A stretch of 64,000 nucleotides of DNA from Macrostomum lignano. Lineage: Eukaryota. The translations under genes and the position numbers were made by a program. The notes under the pieces were generated by a model. That model was not told the DNA's origin, made no database searches, and worked only from the letters and a program-made list of their open reading frames with translations. The stretch is from assembly GCA_002269645.1 (NCBI GenBank), contig NIVC01002335.1:1-64000 (forward strand), written 5' to 3'. Below, piece by piece: positions 24,400 to 46,900 of the stretch (position 1 is the first letter of the stretch; each line of letters starts with the position of its first letter).

Positions 24400-24708
24400 T
24401 TAATAACAATACTAATTGATTACACCTGCCCTAATGGCCAGTTGTGCAACCGACAGCTCAGCCGCAGCTATTGCGCGGCGCATCTGAAGGCTGCGTACGG
24501 CTGTTCAGTCCAAAGACTGGGAGGTCGCCACACACAGACTCAATTATCCCAACTAATGCTGGCACCCATTTTACAGCTGGTTGAACTGAAGCAATGCATA
24601 TCGTTGTGTCTTGCTCAAAAGGACACATATTGTCCCGAGTGGGTCGGGAATCGAATTCCCGACCTTTCAGTCATGAGTCCGACGCTCTAACCACTAGGCT
24701 TCATCTCC
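24400..24708 (-). mobile_element. CORE-type SINE copy 2
   Basis: Reverse-complement match to 6627-6935 along its length. Confidence 0.85.
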
Positions 24709-25504
24709 AAGTTTTTACAAACGACATTTTTTACTTCGCTCCCACATGAATATCTTCTGGAAAGATCCACAAAGCGAATATCGGAGAACGAAAAATTTGT
24801 CGCACGTATCCCGCGAGCTATTTCGCTTCCATCTTAATTGTTCGAACCTTGTCTGCAGTCCAGAAACCAGATACGCAGACACAGGTACAGACTGAGATAG
24901 AAATCGGACAGAAGTGAAGTTGGCTCTGCGGAGGGAAATTCGTGAAAAAAACAGCAAGAAAAATTTTCAGAGAAAAAATGAAACGCCGACAAGATAACCA
25001 GGAGCTGAGAGGCGGCTTGAATACAAAACAATGACTACATGAATTGATTCGAGGCGAATTATGAATCATCAAGCAGGCTCGTACGAAACTGACAGGGAGA
25101 CATCATGCATCTACGTCAGTCGCGTCAGACTTAATGCGCCCATGATAGGCTAGACAACCGATTTCCAGCGAAAATCACCTGACAAATCTCATAATAAACA
25201 ATGACTGCACGTTTGCCTTTCGGTGCAAGTGACGAGCAGACAATGGATGCCTTTGTGACTCGTGAGTTAATTGTAGCGGTAGCTACCGTTTCTTTACGAT
25301 AGCAACCGGCCATAGATTGCTAAGCCTTTGACTTGTGCCACAATTTTGTTACATTTGACTCTGCAAATGATAAATGACACAATTTAATTGGACTTTTTTG
25401 AAGCTGTCAAGCGACTTCATCCGCAACCTAGAACTCGCTTAAGTACCAATATTCATGTAGTACACTGTTCTCATTTGTTCTCGTTGTACATGTTACTCGT
25501 TCTA

Positions 25505-25985
25505 GACTATAACAGGGTATTCTGGGACGCTAGAATTCGCGCGACTGGATTTCAGGCAAATGGACATTCACGCAGCTGCATTAGCGCGGCGCGACTGCAT
25601 TAGCGCGACTGGATTTTGAACAATCTGGAATTCAAGCGACTAAATTCCGCGCGACTGGATTTAAATACATGCAAATACTCCTATCTAATATAAATCTATC
25701 TAAAATCTTATATATGGGTTTAAAATCTCTTAAATGAAAAAACCCAATATCTCTACCAGGACTAATAAAGTAGTACGTACTACGTTGCTTAGTTGTCCTT
25801 AATTGATCTCTACATGTAACTCAAATCCAGTCGCTCGAAATCCAATCCAGTCGTGCGAAATCTAGTCGCTTGAAATAAGTCTAGAGAAATCAGTAACTTC
25901 AATTTCAATTCGCGCAAAATCTAGTCGCGCAGAAAACAAGTATAGCGCGAAATATATGGTCGCGAGAATTCTGCCAGTGTTCCAG
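25505..25985. mobile_element. Degenerate foldback/MITE with CGCGACTGGATT subrepeats
   Basis: Subrepeats are forward at 25540-25660 and inverted (AATCCAGTCGC) at 25820-25970. Imperfect terminal inverted similarity ...AGAATTC(G/T)CGCGAC. Confidence 0.55.
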
Positions 25986-28900
25986 TGTTCAAATTGAAAT
26001 CCCTATAGTTTGGAAACCAAAAATTATCTTAGTGCCGATGATGCACTTTTAGTACCACTAAAATTGCTTTTCAAATTCATGGTACAATTCAAAAACAGAA
26101 TGAGTATAGTGTGTATACATAGAAATGGAAAAGAGCCGGCCACGGAATCATGTGCATCCGGCTGCGCCACTGGGTTTGATTAAAATCTTGGAAAATTTAA
26201 AGAGAATGAAGAAATCTGATTTTGCGTACAGTATATCTATTATATGTAGATGTATTATATGTTTAAATATTATCGCAATAAAGAGTGTATATGCGTAATC
26301 CCATCTAAAATAAATAAAAATAAATATTTTTACTAAGCATGCTCAAGGCATATGAAGCGTACATAGCTGAAGCTGAACATTAAACATGTAATACGTGTAG
26401 CTTAAGTAAGCAATCGGGATAGCTGTACTGTAAATGTACTACTCATGTACATGCGCAGAAACAGAGATATATCCGGTTGTTTTCCGCTCATTCAGACAAC
26501 GTGAGCGTATATTTTCTGTTATATCCGAATGAGCGTTAGAACAAAAACTCACCTAAAGCAAAGACATGATTATGTGCGTCCAGTCAGAGAAATCCCTAGG
26601 ACATTTTGATTCTTTTTTTAGTGATTTTTCACAGCCGTTAATTTTAATACTAAGCCTAATTTTTTGATATCAGGCTTTTGTTTTTTCCTGGTCCTTCCTT
26701 CTATTTTAGGAAACTAATTCAGTCATTGTGCAATATGCTCGTATAAGCCGACTTCTAGAGACTTGCAGCCTGACTTGTGATAAGTTAGATTTGGGTTGGT
26801 CCGCCTGCGTTTAAATTTCAGGTTTAGTTCACTTTTACGTTTCACCTAGGCCTATACTATTATATGATTTAACTCACCTTCGCTTCATGGATCTAGATAT
26901 TAGTTAGTGCTTTAACTTAAGCCAAGGCCTAAAGTGTAGGCCTAACTTCAAAAAATCTCACTCGTCTAGTTTTAGCCCCGGTTCTGGCCTAGTTTTATTG
27001 CTTTATTTTTTTTCTGACCCATTAATCCACAATGGCAGCACTGCACACCAAGATTATTTAGATATCTCATATGCACTGCACATTGCATGTCAAGGGAATG
27101 GGAAGGGCCTTATCTACATTGGGTGCCACACACAAGACTAGCAGAAGAAGTTGAAAGCAAAAATGCACTCGTATTTTTTGGGGACTTTGCTTAAGTAAAA
27201 GCAGTGAAGCCTGTTTAAACAAATTAAATTCTTTCTTTTCCATGGATCAGATTACTTTTTTGTCTTTTATTGTATTGCAAAGTTACAAAAATATGTATGT
27301 TATATTAATTTATAATTATTTTTTAAAAATGTTATAATTATAAAAACTTTCAATTAAGACATTGCCAATTTTAAATATCCATGTCTAGCCAAATCTAAAC
27401 CTCTATTTTATTTTTGAATCTATTTTGCATGCAGTTATATGCTAAATTTTTTTTGTAAGTATTGCTATGTCTGAAGTCTCTGCATATATTACTGCATATG
27501 GCATAAGAGCCAAAAACCCTTATGCATGCCGCAACTTTTTGGAGAAAACAGCATCTTTGGAAGAATGGTCTAGTTCTAATAGGCCTATATAGATGCTATT
27601 TAATTTTTCCAACGTAAAAAATATTCTGATTAATAGAACAATAAAATTGATAGATACTATTTAGGCCTACCTTAAAAGCTAGAAAACCATTTGCTAGTAT
27701 ATTTCTAGTATGCTTTTTTGCATATGTTGCTTAACTTTAAGAAAAAATAAGAGAGAAATTTTTACAAATGGCTAAATTGTAGGGCCTAAGGTTCACATTT
27801 CTTATACCTAGAAAATTTTTTTAATATGCTAGTATACAGTTTCCATGCATTTTGCCTATGCTTTTTGGTACCCCAGATTGCTTTTTGGTATCCCAGTTTA
27901 TGATGCCAAAATGATAGGGCCTAATAAAAAAGTAATCTAATCAATTTAATTGCATGCATTTGCTATATCCTATATATACAAATACAAGGCTATACTTGGC
28001 AAGCGTGCTATGAAAACTTAGTTAGGAAGTAAAGATAAAATCCATCAACAATGCTATATGTAGTTTTGATCAAATTCTATGACTAGTCTATTATAATAAT
28101 AATATAGATTTTTTGAATCACAAAATCATGTTTTATTTCTTGAGAAATCAAATCAAGAGAAAAAATTAAATGAAATGAACCTATTTTTTAATTAACACAC
28201 TAGATAAGCTTAATAAACTGAATAATACCTTAGTTTTTAAAATAAATAAGTATTGCAAAAACAAAGCAATTACTGCTAAATTAGGGCTCACTTTTTATAT
28301 TTTTGTGTCTAATTCTAATTTATAATTTAGGCACCAAAAAGCAAGCTGAGGCATCAAAATACAAGGCACTGAAAAACATAGGCACCAAAAAGTGTGGATA
28401 CCTAGCAGACTAAAGTTGATTGTTCTTTTGGCTCTTAAAGCAGGTGTCATTTACCAAATTTGCTATTCTATTGATCAGAATGTTTTCTATATTGGAAAAA
28501 CCAAATTATCATCTATATACTAGAGCTAGAGAGCATAGAATAAAAGTTTTTCTGTTTTATTAATCAGAATGTTTCATATCTTGGAAAGACTAAATGATAT
28601 TAGTATATACTTGAGCTAAAAACAGAATAGAAATTTCTGCTGTCTAAGTCTACCTTAAATTGTGTTCAGCAACAATAACTTGATAAAGAATAAGAAATAA
28701 TTTTCAAAGTAATTTTTTTAAATTAAATAATACAAAACTATAAATATATAAATATTTATGTATTTCAATCTTTATGATCAATCAAATATATCAAAGATGT
28801 CAAACTATATATACACAACCTTTGAATTTGTTAGGCCTACTTACATATCCTAGTATTTTATTATAACTTATCATTCTTTGCATTTTTTCTTTTTGTATTT

Positions 28901-29753
28901 TTTCTTCATTCCATTGCTTTTTGTCTTATTTCATTTTTGGTTATAAATTTTATGACTTGTTCTTAGTCTGCCACTATTTATCCTAGTTAGAGCCACCATA
29001 TCTATGCAAAGAACCTAGCTGATCTAAGCATTTTCACAGTAGCATATTGCGCAACCAATCAACCCAAGGCTAAATAAGTAAGTTGCACATAGAATAAAAA
29101 CATTAAGAATGAATAAAAGAAAGAATAAAAGAAAAGCCTACATTTGTGATCAAATCAAGAGAGAGAAGCCAGAGAGAAGATAGAAAGGATAGAGAGAAGA
29201 GAAAAGATTAAAATTGGATATAGAGCAAAGCTATATTTCAAAATGCTTTGTAGATATCAGTGTCTCATATTTTTATATTGATATGTTTTACTATGTTACA
29301 CTAGCCAGGTAAAATTTAGATTGCAAAGGTATGGTCAGCCAGTAGGCTAGCAGTTGTGCATGTATGTTCCAGTCCCTTTGGCTTTAATTTTTTATATAGA
29401 AGTCTTTTTTAAAAATATAATTTTTAGTTCATTGACCTCAAATAGTTAAAGTAGGCTGGGGAAGTATGGCCACATAGAATGTGAAAGACAGTTAGTTTCC
29501 TCAAGGTTATAGTTAATTACAAATAAGCTAAAATTATTGGTGGCATAAATATCTAGCCACTATTTAGAATAAAGGCTCAGTCTATGAAGCAGCTCTATAT
29601 TAAACTCAGTTCTAGTTTTTGATTTGCAAATATAGTTTGTGCTGTCTGTTTTATACTTTCATTAGTTTGATTTTGATATTACATTTTCACTAATAAACTC
29701 TATTTATTGCATGACTAGATAGTAATAAGTTATCAAGTTTGGAATACACATAA

Positions 29754-37534
<7,781 letters not shown>

Positions 37535-37995
37535 GAGTTCTCGGAATTTTTGACAAGTTCGAAGCTCTAACAACGGGCGCCGCCATGCTGTGTGAACAAT
37601 AAACAAATAATCAAATTAAATTCAGAACGCGCTTTCCCTAGCTACTTGAAGTTTTTTTTGATCAGCTAATTCTCATGTCAGCGTTCTCTTCCCTAATTTC
37701 TAAGCAGATAATATTCTTGTGTTGTGGAAAATTTTCCAGCCTCGGAACAGCCTATTGAGAAATTGAGTTGTTTATTTGTGTGCACTATATCTTGTTTAAT
37801 TAACATGTTGTTCGTTTCACTCCAGCCAAAGGTAATCACTAACTACTCCAGCGCATCCCAAATCTATATACGATATTGAAACGTTCTAGCCTTCCCGAGA
37901 GCGAGGCAACTGTTGAGTCACGAGCGACGCAGACAATCAACGCCTCAAATTGACTTTTAGGCGACTCTTTAACGATGGCACATATTCATGCTTGG

Positions 37996-38151
37996 GCGCA
38001 ACCTTGGGATTCCCTCGGCCGTTTCTATTGGCAACACACACATGTAAGTCGCTATTGGACGGAATAGTAGTCACGTGACTGCTCTCAGCCAATAGCGACT
38101 TACATGTGTGTGTTGCCAATAGAAACGGCCGGGCGATTCCAAAAGTTGCGC
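37996..38151. repeat. ~155-bp near-perfect palindrome centred on CACGTG
   Basis: Arms CGGCCGTTTCTATTGGCAACACACACATGTAAGTCGCTATTGG and its exact reverse complement. The centre lies between 38074 and 38075. Confidence 0.9.
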
Positions 38152-40932
38152 ATGTATGCGTGACATATTGTCGTTTTAGAGACAACTAGAGTCAATTCTT
38201 TCCTATTTTACCTGCGTTACCTGCAACGACCCTGACGCGATTCGAGGGCGATGCAAGTGACTCCAGGACGCTTCTTGGCTTAGGTTCCGTTTTGATCGAC
38301 CTTGACATTTTCCAGTAATAAAAAATCCCGTAGTTATTTTATAATTGCCAAAAATTTGCAAGCTTTGTCTAATTTGGTGGCCGATTTCGCTTTCCCGTGC
38401 CTGGCTAATTCCATTCCGCCTATTTTATAGTATATGTTGTAGCATAGCAACGAATTGTTTATCTTAGCTACGCTTTACAGTTGAATCTGTTGATTGCTAA
38501 GAAATTTTATAACAATCCGTATCTAAGGTAAACAATATCGTCGCTAATTTGTTTGCAATCTGCTGGCTGAATTTTCTATCTATTTATTTTCTCTTTTTTG
38601 GCGTGTGATAAAAATACTTAAACTTTTTCTATTGGGTATTCAATATCTATTATCTTTGTTATTTTTTAGTCTTCTGCTATACTATTTATCCAATTCCTAG
38701 AAGCGAGTGCATCCTTGCTGACTGAGATTGATACGGCGCTGTGCACAAGTGCCGCAGTCTCCGCCGTTTTGCCTATTATTCCGCACTAAATATATAATTC
38801 CTTTGTATTTTCCCTTATAATAGTTCAGTTCAGACAAATTGTATTTGAAACTTACATATATGCAAAACAAAACAAATAAACATGCCCTCGGAAATTGATT
38901 TTTCATAGTCTCCAACTAATTCCGTCAATTTTTCTGACGTCTTTTCACGCAGTGAAGTGCTTCTTTACTTTCCTATTGAAACCTTGTAGCAGAAATTCGG
39001 AATACAGACGAACATTAGGTAGGTAGATAGTAAGTACGAGCTTAATTATTGTTGAGCCACCTCACCACCTACAATGTTCAAAATCATCACAACTACGAGT
39101 ACATTGCACTAAAATCGAATCGTATTATAAAGATATGTTAATTAAAAATACGGAATCAATAATTTAGCTGGCTTTAATATATTTATGATTGTGTGTGCAA
39201 CTAGTGCGACGTCTACATGTACATATTATTAACTGCCAATCGCAACTGCATCTGCACGTACGTATTTTTGTTTGCAATTAAGTATACGACTTGTGTTTAG
39301 TACTTTTATATCTAGATTTGCTTCATCTGTAGCATAAGTAGTGGTATTAGTAGCTAGTTATGAATCAAACACTTTTATTATAATCACCATCACATTTTAA
39401 CTCGGCTGCGTGCGATGAACGTCCAATTTTCCTCAATATATTAAACCGGTGTACCTACCGTTTTTGCTTTCGGGGAAAGCATACTACTAAAACAAAGCGT
39501 ACATTATCGTAGAAAGGTTTCATGAAAATCATGAAAAGGTTTATCGTAGGTATGTATTTTTTATTTTATAACTATTTTAATATTTTCTTTAACAATCTAA
39601 ACTACTTGTCTGGCTATGCACAAACAAGAAACGAAAACAAACCTTTAAATTGTTTTTGAAAATAGATGAACTTATAAATTAAGTCTCTTAGACTGGCTAG
39701 AGTGACGACAAGGGTTTTATAGAGTAAGAGTCCTTCGCTACTGCTGTCACCCTGAATCGAATCAGTTAATACTTATCAGTGTAGAAAGTCCAGTACAGTA
39801 TATGCAGGAAAGAGACAGCACCAATGATGATTTAAAAATATTGGAGAACTTTCTGCTGCGCATGCGCACCTCACTTCTAAAACAAAAATCAAGTGGCCAG
39901 GCCAGGCCAGTCAATCCCTCAAATTCTCAGAATAGTGAGGGAAGTAAGCCATTGGCATAGTCAGGAAGGTGGCACACTGTGTGCCAAAAAAATTAGGGAC
40001 ACAATATATATACCCTGTGTACTGTTTGTGCACTATCTGATACATTTTTGTGCCTTAAGTTCTAACCCTTAATGACTATCTATATAAAACATACATAGAA
40101 ATTACATACACATACACAAAATGTTTAACAACAAATTCCTCAATAAATAAACTAATATTATAAAAAATACAAATTGTATTTATTAGCTTTTTATATCTAC
40201 TTAGATTTTTGTTAGAGTAGGCCTATGTATCAGCATTACAATATAAGAGAAGCTTTACCATTATAGTTTTTTACAACCTTATTTTGGATGCTAGATACCA
40301 AATTAGGCCTAGCACCTTGTTTTTAAGTGAAATATAGGCCTAGTTAAAGTCCTAATAACAAGCCTAGATTGTTTCTAAGCAAAGCTCAAGTGAAGTAAAA
40401 ACAATTTTTAAATAGTCAAGTTTAGGTCATAAGTTAGAATCATTAAACAATAGTTATTATATAGTCATGGTCAAAAAGATCTTTAGTAGGCCCTAAATTT
40501 TAGGAAACTTTTTATTGCTTATATGAAATCTCTACATTGTTTTTTGCCTTGATTTAACAACCTATAAAAACTCTGTAAAAGTACATCTATATAGAACTAT
40601 ATATTGCTTATATGGAATCTATGCATTGTTTTTTGCCTTGCTTTAGCCTTTAAAAACAATATAAAAGCATATATATATTGATAGATAAACAGACTAGCTT
40701 AATAAGGTTGAATACTTAACTTTTGAATATTAAGTTGAATACTTATAAAGACTTAACTAGATATTATTAAATTTAAGTTATAAATTTTTTTTGCAACCTC
40801 TGTTGTTCAAATAGATCTAGCAATATAATTAGGGGTAAAAATGCTGGTTCAATCTTTTTGAATCACATGAATCTGTATTTTATGTTTGGCATGCCCCAGA
40901 GTACCATTGGGCTTTGAACATCAGCAATCTTT

Positions 40933-43900
40933 ATGGCAACACCTCGCACACAAAACAGGCAAGAGATTCGCCAAAAACGTCTAGAATACTTTCAGAAAAA
41001 TGGTATAAAGTCAAAGGCTGTGCCTAATGGGTGAGTACATAAGGTGAATGAGCTTTTGCAGATTAGTGAATAAGCTCTTGCAGATTAGTGAATGAGCTGT
41101 CGCAGATTAGTGAATGAGCTGTCGCAGATTGGTGAATCAGCTGTTGCAGATTGGTGAATCAGCTGTCGCAGATTGGTGAATCAGCTGTCTGGTGAATCAG
41201 CTGTCGCAGATTGGTGAATCAGCTGTCGCAGATTGGTGAATCAGCTGTCGCAGATTGGTGAATCAGCTGTCGCAGATTGGTGAATCAGCTGTTGCAGATT
41301 GGTGAATCAGCTGTCGCAGATTGGTGAATGAGCTGTCACAAAATAAGGAAATGAGCTGTCGCAGATTGGTGAATAAGCTCTCGCAGATTGGTGAATGAGC
41401 TGTCGCAGATTAGTGAATGAGCTGTTGCAGATTAGTGAATGAGCTGTTGCAGATTGGTGAATGAGCTGTTGCAGATTGGTGAATGAGCTGTTGCAGATTG
41501 GTGAATGAGATGTTGCAGATTGGTGAATGAGCTGTTGCAGATTGGTGAATGAGCTGTCGCAGATTGGTGAATGAGCTGTCGCAGATTGGTGAATGAGCTG
41601 TCGCAGATTGGTGAATGAGCTGTCGCAGATTGGTGAATGAGCTGTTGCAGATTGGTGAATGGGCTGTCGAAAATACCCCGTTCCAGACTAGGCGGTCAGC
41701 GCGCGGCAGTCAAAGATTTCGTCGGACCCGACATCGTCGCCGACGAAGAGTCGAACGGCACTGCTGACGAGGATCACATGGACGACTTTCACACCCATCG
41801 TCCTCCGGGTTCGCCGTCGGACTCTGTCGAATCAGAGCAGCCGCTACGGCCGCGGGCGGCCTTCACCGCCGAGGCGATCTACGACCTCGCCAGCCGTTGC
41901 AGGCAGGTTTCGCCTCCGGGCAGACGCCCAGCCGAGCCCACTGGAGTTGAAGCAGACAAAGTGTTCCAAGAAAGCCGCGCCAGCATCGAGTTGGACCTCA
42001 GCGGCTTGGGCATCCGGACAGACTCCCGGCTTGTTGTGGTCTGCCCCGAGTGCCGCCACGCCAATGCCGAAGGTTGCACCTGGTGCTTCGGCTGCGGCTG
42101 CTGTCTTGCCGGCTGCGAGCCAGTCAACCCCAACGCCGACCTGACTGCCCAATCGCGCTCCTTGCCTAGGAAACCAAGACAACCGTCACCTAGCGTTGCC
42201 AAACAGCCAAATACTGTTGCTAACCAGTCACCTAGGCAACCGTCTCTATCTGTTGTATCTAGCCATAAGTCGGCTGATAGATCGTCTAGTCTAGTTGCCC
42301 CTAGCAACGAGTCGCCTAGACTACCGTCTCATGCAGTTTCCCGTAGCAACGAGTCGTCTAGGCAACCATCTCGTCTGGTTTCCGCTAGCAACCAGTCACC
42401 CGGGCAACCATCTGATCCAGTTGCCCCTAGCAACCAGTCACCCGGGCAACCATCTGATCCAGTTGCCCCTAGCAACCAGTCACGCGGGCAACCATCTGAT
42501 CCAGTTGCTCCTAGCAACCAGTCACCCGGGCAACCATCTGGTCCAGTTGGCCCTAGCAACGGGTCACCTAGGCAACCATCTGATCCAGTTGCCCCTAGCA
42601 GCGGGTCACCTTGGCAACCATCTAATCCAGTTGCCATTAGCAACGGATTTGCTGTGCAACCGTCAACAGACGCCAAAGAAGTCGCCCACAGTTTTGACAG
42701 CGGCAGCGAAATCAATGACGACGACAGCCGCTCGTCGGCCCGTTTAGCGTCGGCGGCGGCAGCAGAGCTGCGACAGCGCCAGCGACTTCCAGCTGGCCTA
42801 GCGGCGGAGCTGCGGCTGGATTTGCGACCTATGGGTGTCGACGCCTGTAATAAGCTGCAGACTGATGAGGTGATTTGATCTGTTGCTTTTATCTCTGAGC
42901 GCTGCTTGAATTCGGCTTCTTAAATAAGATTCAAGCGCAGATAGGTCATCCAATCTCACTCGCGGCGACTCTTCTGGAAAAAATATTATTATTCGGAGTA
43001 ACAATCTAACTCGTATCTTCCCAAGACTGATAATCTCACCTAGACAGTGTTAGTCTCATCCTCACCCATAGTGCTAATCTCACCTGGACAGTGTTAGTCT
43101 CACCCTCACCCATAATGCTAATCTCACCTGGACAGTGTTAGTCTCACCCTCACCCATAATGCTAATCTCACCTGGACAGTGTTAGTCTCACCCTCACCCA
43201 TAATGCTAATCTCACCTGGACAGTGCTAGTCTCACCCTCACCCATAGTGCTAATCTCACCTGGACAGTGTTAGTCTCACCCTCACCCATAATGCTAATCT
43301 CACCTGGACAGTGTTAGTCTCATCCTCACTCAGAGAAATAATCTCACCTGGACAGTGTTAGTCTGACCCTAACCCAGAGAGTTAATCTCACCTGACAGTG
43401 TTAGTCTGACCCTAACCCAGAGAGATAATCTCACCTGACAGTGTTAGTCTGACCCTAACTCAGAGAGATAATCTCACCTGACAGTGTTAGTCTCACCCTC
43501 ACCCACAGAGATAATCTCACTGCTATTAATCTCCACCATTCGCAGTTTATGGATGGCAAAGCGGCCTTGGATGCGGCTGAGATGCCACCGCCGCCGCCAC
43601 CGCCGCCACCGCCGGCTGTGACTGATCAGACACCGCTAATTCCCTGCGCCCTGCTACCCGAGAAGCGACGCTTTCGTCGAAAAGCAAGCGTCCAAGAGGT
43701 GCGCCAGAGCGGCGCTCAACAGCAGCAGCCACAGCAGCAGCAGCAGTCTGCACCGCAGTTCAGCCGCCGTTGGAAGTCCTCTTCAATGTCCTGTTCGTCT
43801 ACTTCTGTCCAGGTCAGTTCCGCTCCGTCGGGAAGCTCGCGGCAGAAGCAGCAACAGCAACAACGCCAGAAGGTCATCCCCGTGCAGCGACATCGAAACG

Positions 43901-46900
43901 GCGCCGCTGTTCAGGAGACCGCCGAAGCGGCGGCGGCCGCGGCAGCCGCTTCCAGCGCTCGCGAGAGCCTTCAGCGCCGGCGTCAGCACAGCGACAGCCA
44001 GTGGTTGCCGGATAGCTCGTTTGTTGGCGGCGAGCATCGAGTCGTCAGCGCAGCGGTGGGCGAAGACTTTGGCAGCGGCAATGGCAGCGTAGCAGTCGAT
44101 CGCAGAAATCACATGCAGATGTTCGACAATGATCAAGCTATTGTCGAGCTGGCATTTACAGATCGCGACGGGTGAGGCTCCTATAATAAATTATTAAATT
44201 TCTCTCTGAAAGGATTACCGCAGACTGCTAGATTTTTGTGTGTTTTTGTCGAAAATTGAGTCTTCGCAATAAAAGACCGTTTTGGGGGGGTTCTAGCCTA
44301 GCAGCTTATAGTACAACCTGAGGGGGTTGTAGCCTAGCAGCTTATAGTACAACCTGAGGGGGTTGCAGCTTAGTGGTTAGAGCGTCGGACTCAAAACTTG
44401 AAGGTTGGGGTTCGATTCACGATCCCACTGGAACAATTTGTGTCCTTGAGCAAGACACTTAACTCTGCATTGCTTCAGTTCACCCAGCTGTAAAATGGGT
44501 GCCAGCATTAGCTGGGGTAATTGAGGCTGTGTGTGGCGACCCCCTCAGTCTTTGGACTGAACAGCCGTACACAGCCTTCAGATGCGCCGCGCAATAGCTG
44601 CGGCTGAGCTGTCGGTTGCACATCTGGCCCAATTAAAAAAATATTTTAAGGAAATTATTGCTACTTAAAGTAGGTATTTAAAAAATTTAAAACTGTTTCT
44701 TTTTTTCTTTTTCGCCTTACATTGTAGATTATTCTCAGAATACAGCACGCTGAATGCGTTGCCCATTAGCACACAGACTGCTGGCTACCTTGCTCAGGTG
44801 AGTGAACTCTGCTCTGTTTTGCTGCTGTCATGTCATCGTTTCTAAGCTATTATCATTAATACATTCTCATCATATATGCGTATAGTAAACCTAATCCCCA
44901 GTTGCTGGGCCAGCCTCTTAGAGTGTCAGTTGCTGGGCCAGCCTCTTAGAGTGTCAGTTGCTGGGCCAGCCTCTTAGAGTGTCAGTTGCTGGGCCAGCCT
45001 CTTAGAGTGTCAGTTGCTGGGCCAGCCTCTTAGAGTGTCAGTTGCTGGGCCAGCCTCTTAGAGTGTCAGTTGCTGGGCCAGCCTCTTAGAGTGTCAGTTG
45101 CTGGGCCAGCCTCTTAGAGTGTCAGTTGCTGGGCCAGCCTCTTAGAGTGTCAGTTGCTGGGCCAGCCTCTTAGAGTGTCAGTTGCTGGGCCAGCCTCTTA
45201 GAGTGTCAGTTGCTGGGCCAGCCTCTTAGAGTGTCAGTTGCTGGGCCAGCCTCTTAGAGTGTCAGTTGCTGGGCCACTACCAGCCTCCCAGATCCTCAGT
45301 TGCTGGGCCAGCCTCCCAGATCCTTAGTTACTGATCCAGCCTCCCAGATCCTCAGCTGCTGATCCAGCCTCCCAGATCCTCAGTTGCTGATCCAGTCTCC
45401 CAGATCCTCGGTTGCTGGGCCAGCCTCCCAGAGTGTCAGTTGCTGGGCCAGCCTCCCAGATCCTCAGTTGCTGGGCCAGCCTCCCAGATCCTCGGTTGCT
45501 GGGCCAGTCTCCCAGATCCTCAGTTGCTGGGCCAATCTCCCAGATCCTCGGTTGCTGGGCCAGTCTACCAGATCCTCGGTTGCTGGGCCAGTCTCCCAGA
45601 TCCTCAGTTGCTGGGCCAGTCTCCCAGATCCTCGGTTGCTGGGCCAGTCTACCAGATCCTCGGTTGCTGGGCCAGTCTCCCAGATCCTCAGTTGCTGGGC
45701 CAGCCTCCCAGAGTGTCAGTTGCTGGGCCAGCCTCCCAGAGTGTCAGTTGCTGGGCCAGCATCCCAGAGTGTCAGTTGCTGGGCCAGCCTCCCAGAGTGT
45801 CAGTTGCTGGGCCAAGCCTCCCAGATCCTCAGTTGCTGGGCCAGCCTCCCAGATCCTCACTTGCTGGGCCAGCCTCCCAGAGTGTCAGTTGCTGGGCCAG
45901 CCTCCCAGATCCTCAGTTGCTCCAAGTCCATTCGAGCAGTGCCAGCACCTGAATAAAAGTATAGCAGAGAATTCTCTCTCTCCCGTTCGGCAGGCCTCGG
46001 GCCGCGGCTCGGCCACTAAGGCAGTGGCCGCTAGCCCTCAGCAGGCTAACAATGCCGCTTTCACGCATGAAGCGGTAATGCTTGTAACTCAGAATTGATA
46101 AGCACAATATGCGCTTATTTTCTTTCAAATCAATTTTATATTGTTAGTCTATTTCCGCTTTACCAGTTCACTGTGTCCTTTAGTAATTCTACCTCATTAT
46201 TGTGCGTTTATTAGTATGTACTTACTAAAGTTAGTATGTCTAACTGTCTTTCAAGCGCACCAATCAGCCAGAGATCTTGGCCTCAGATCGCACAGACCTT
46301 TTACTGTTAGTATCCTGAAATTAGTCTTACTAATGATATTGTAAGCCATTAATCCATCATCGCTTATAATCTCAGTGCGGTTGGACCAAGCTGGACTCGC
46401 CCTGGCTCTACCTGCCTGAGGAGGTTTGGCTTCAGGTGCTGCAGCAGCTGTCCCTGACGGACCTGACCCAGGTGGCCCGCACCTGCCGCAGGCTGCATCG
46501 CATAGCCAATGACAAATCGCTGTGGTGCGCCATCGAGCTGGCCAAGCGGCATGACCTCACGGATGCCGACCTGGCCGAGATCGGCTCCAATAGGCCTGTG
46601 CGACTCGTCATCAACCAGTGCCACGGCGATCTGGTCACCATTGCAGGCGTGCAGCAGCTGCTGCGCTGCGCCGGTGACTGCCTGCAGGTGAGCCAATTGG
46701 AACTCGCCCCGAATCTCATCAGAAAATCGCCCCCCTGAATCTCATCAGAAAATCGCCCACCCCCCGAATCTCATCAGAAAATCGCCCACCCCCCGAATCT
46801 ATCGGAAAATCGCCCCCGAATCTCATCAGAAAATCCTCCCCCCCGAATCTCATCAGAAAATCGCCCCCTCTGAATCTCATCAGAAAATCGCCCACCCCCC

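Noticed and set aside
26200-29700. AT-rich region with faint inverted (TTTTTGGTACC / GGCACCAAAAA) and direct duplications
   Set aside because: Probably old decayed elements. I could not define boundaries.
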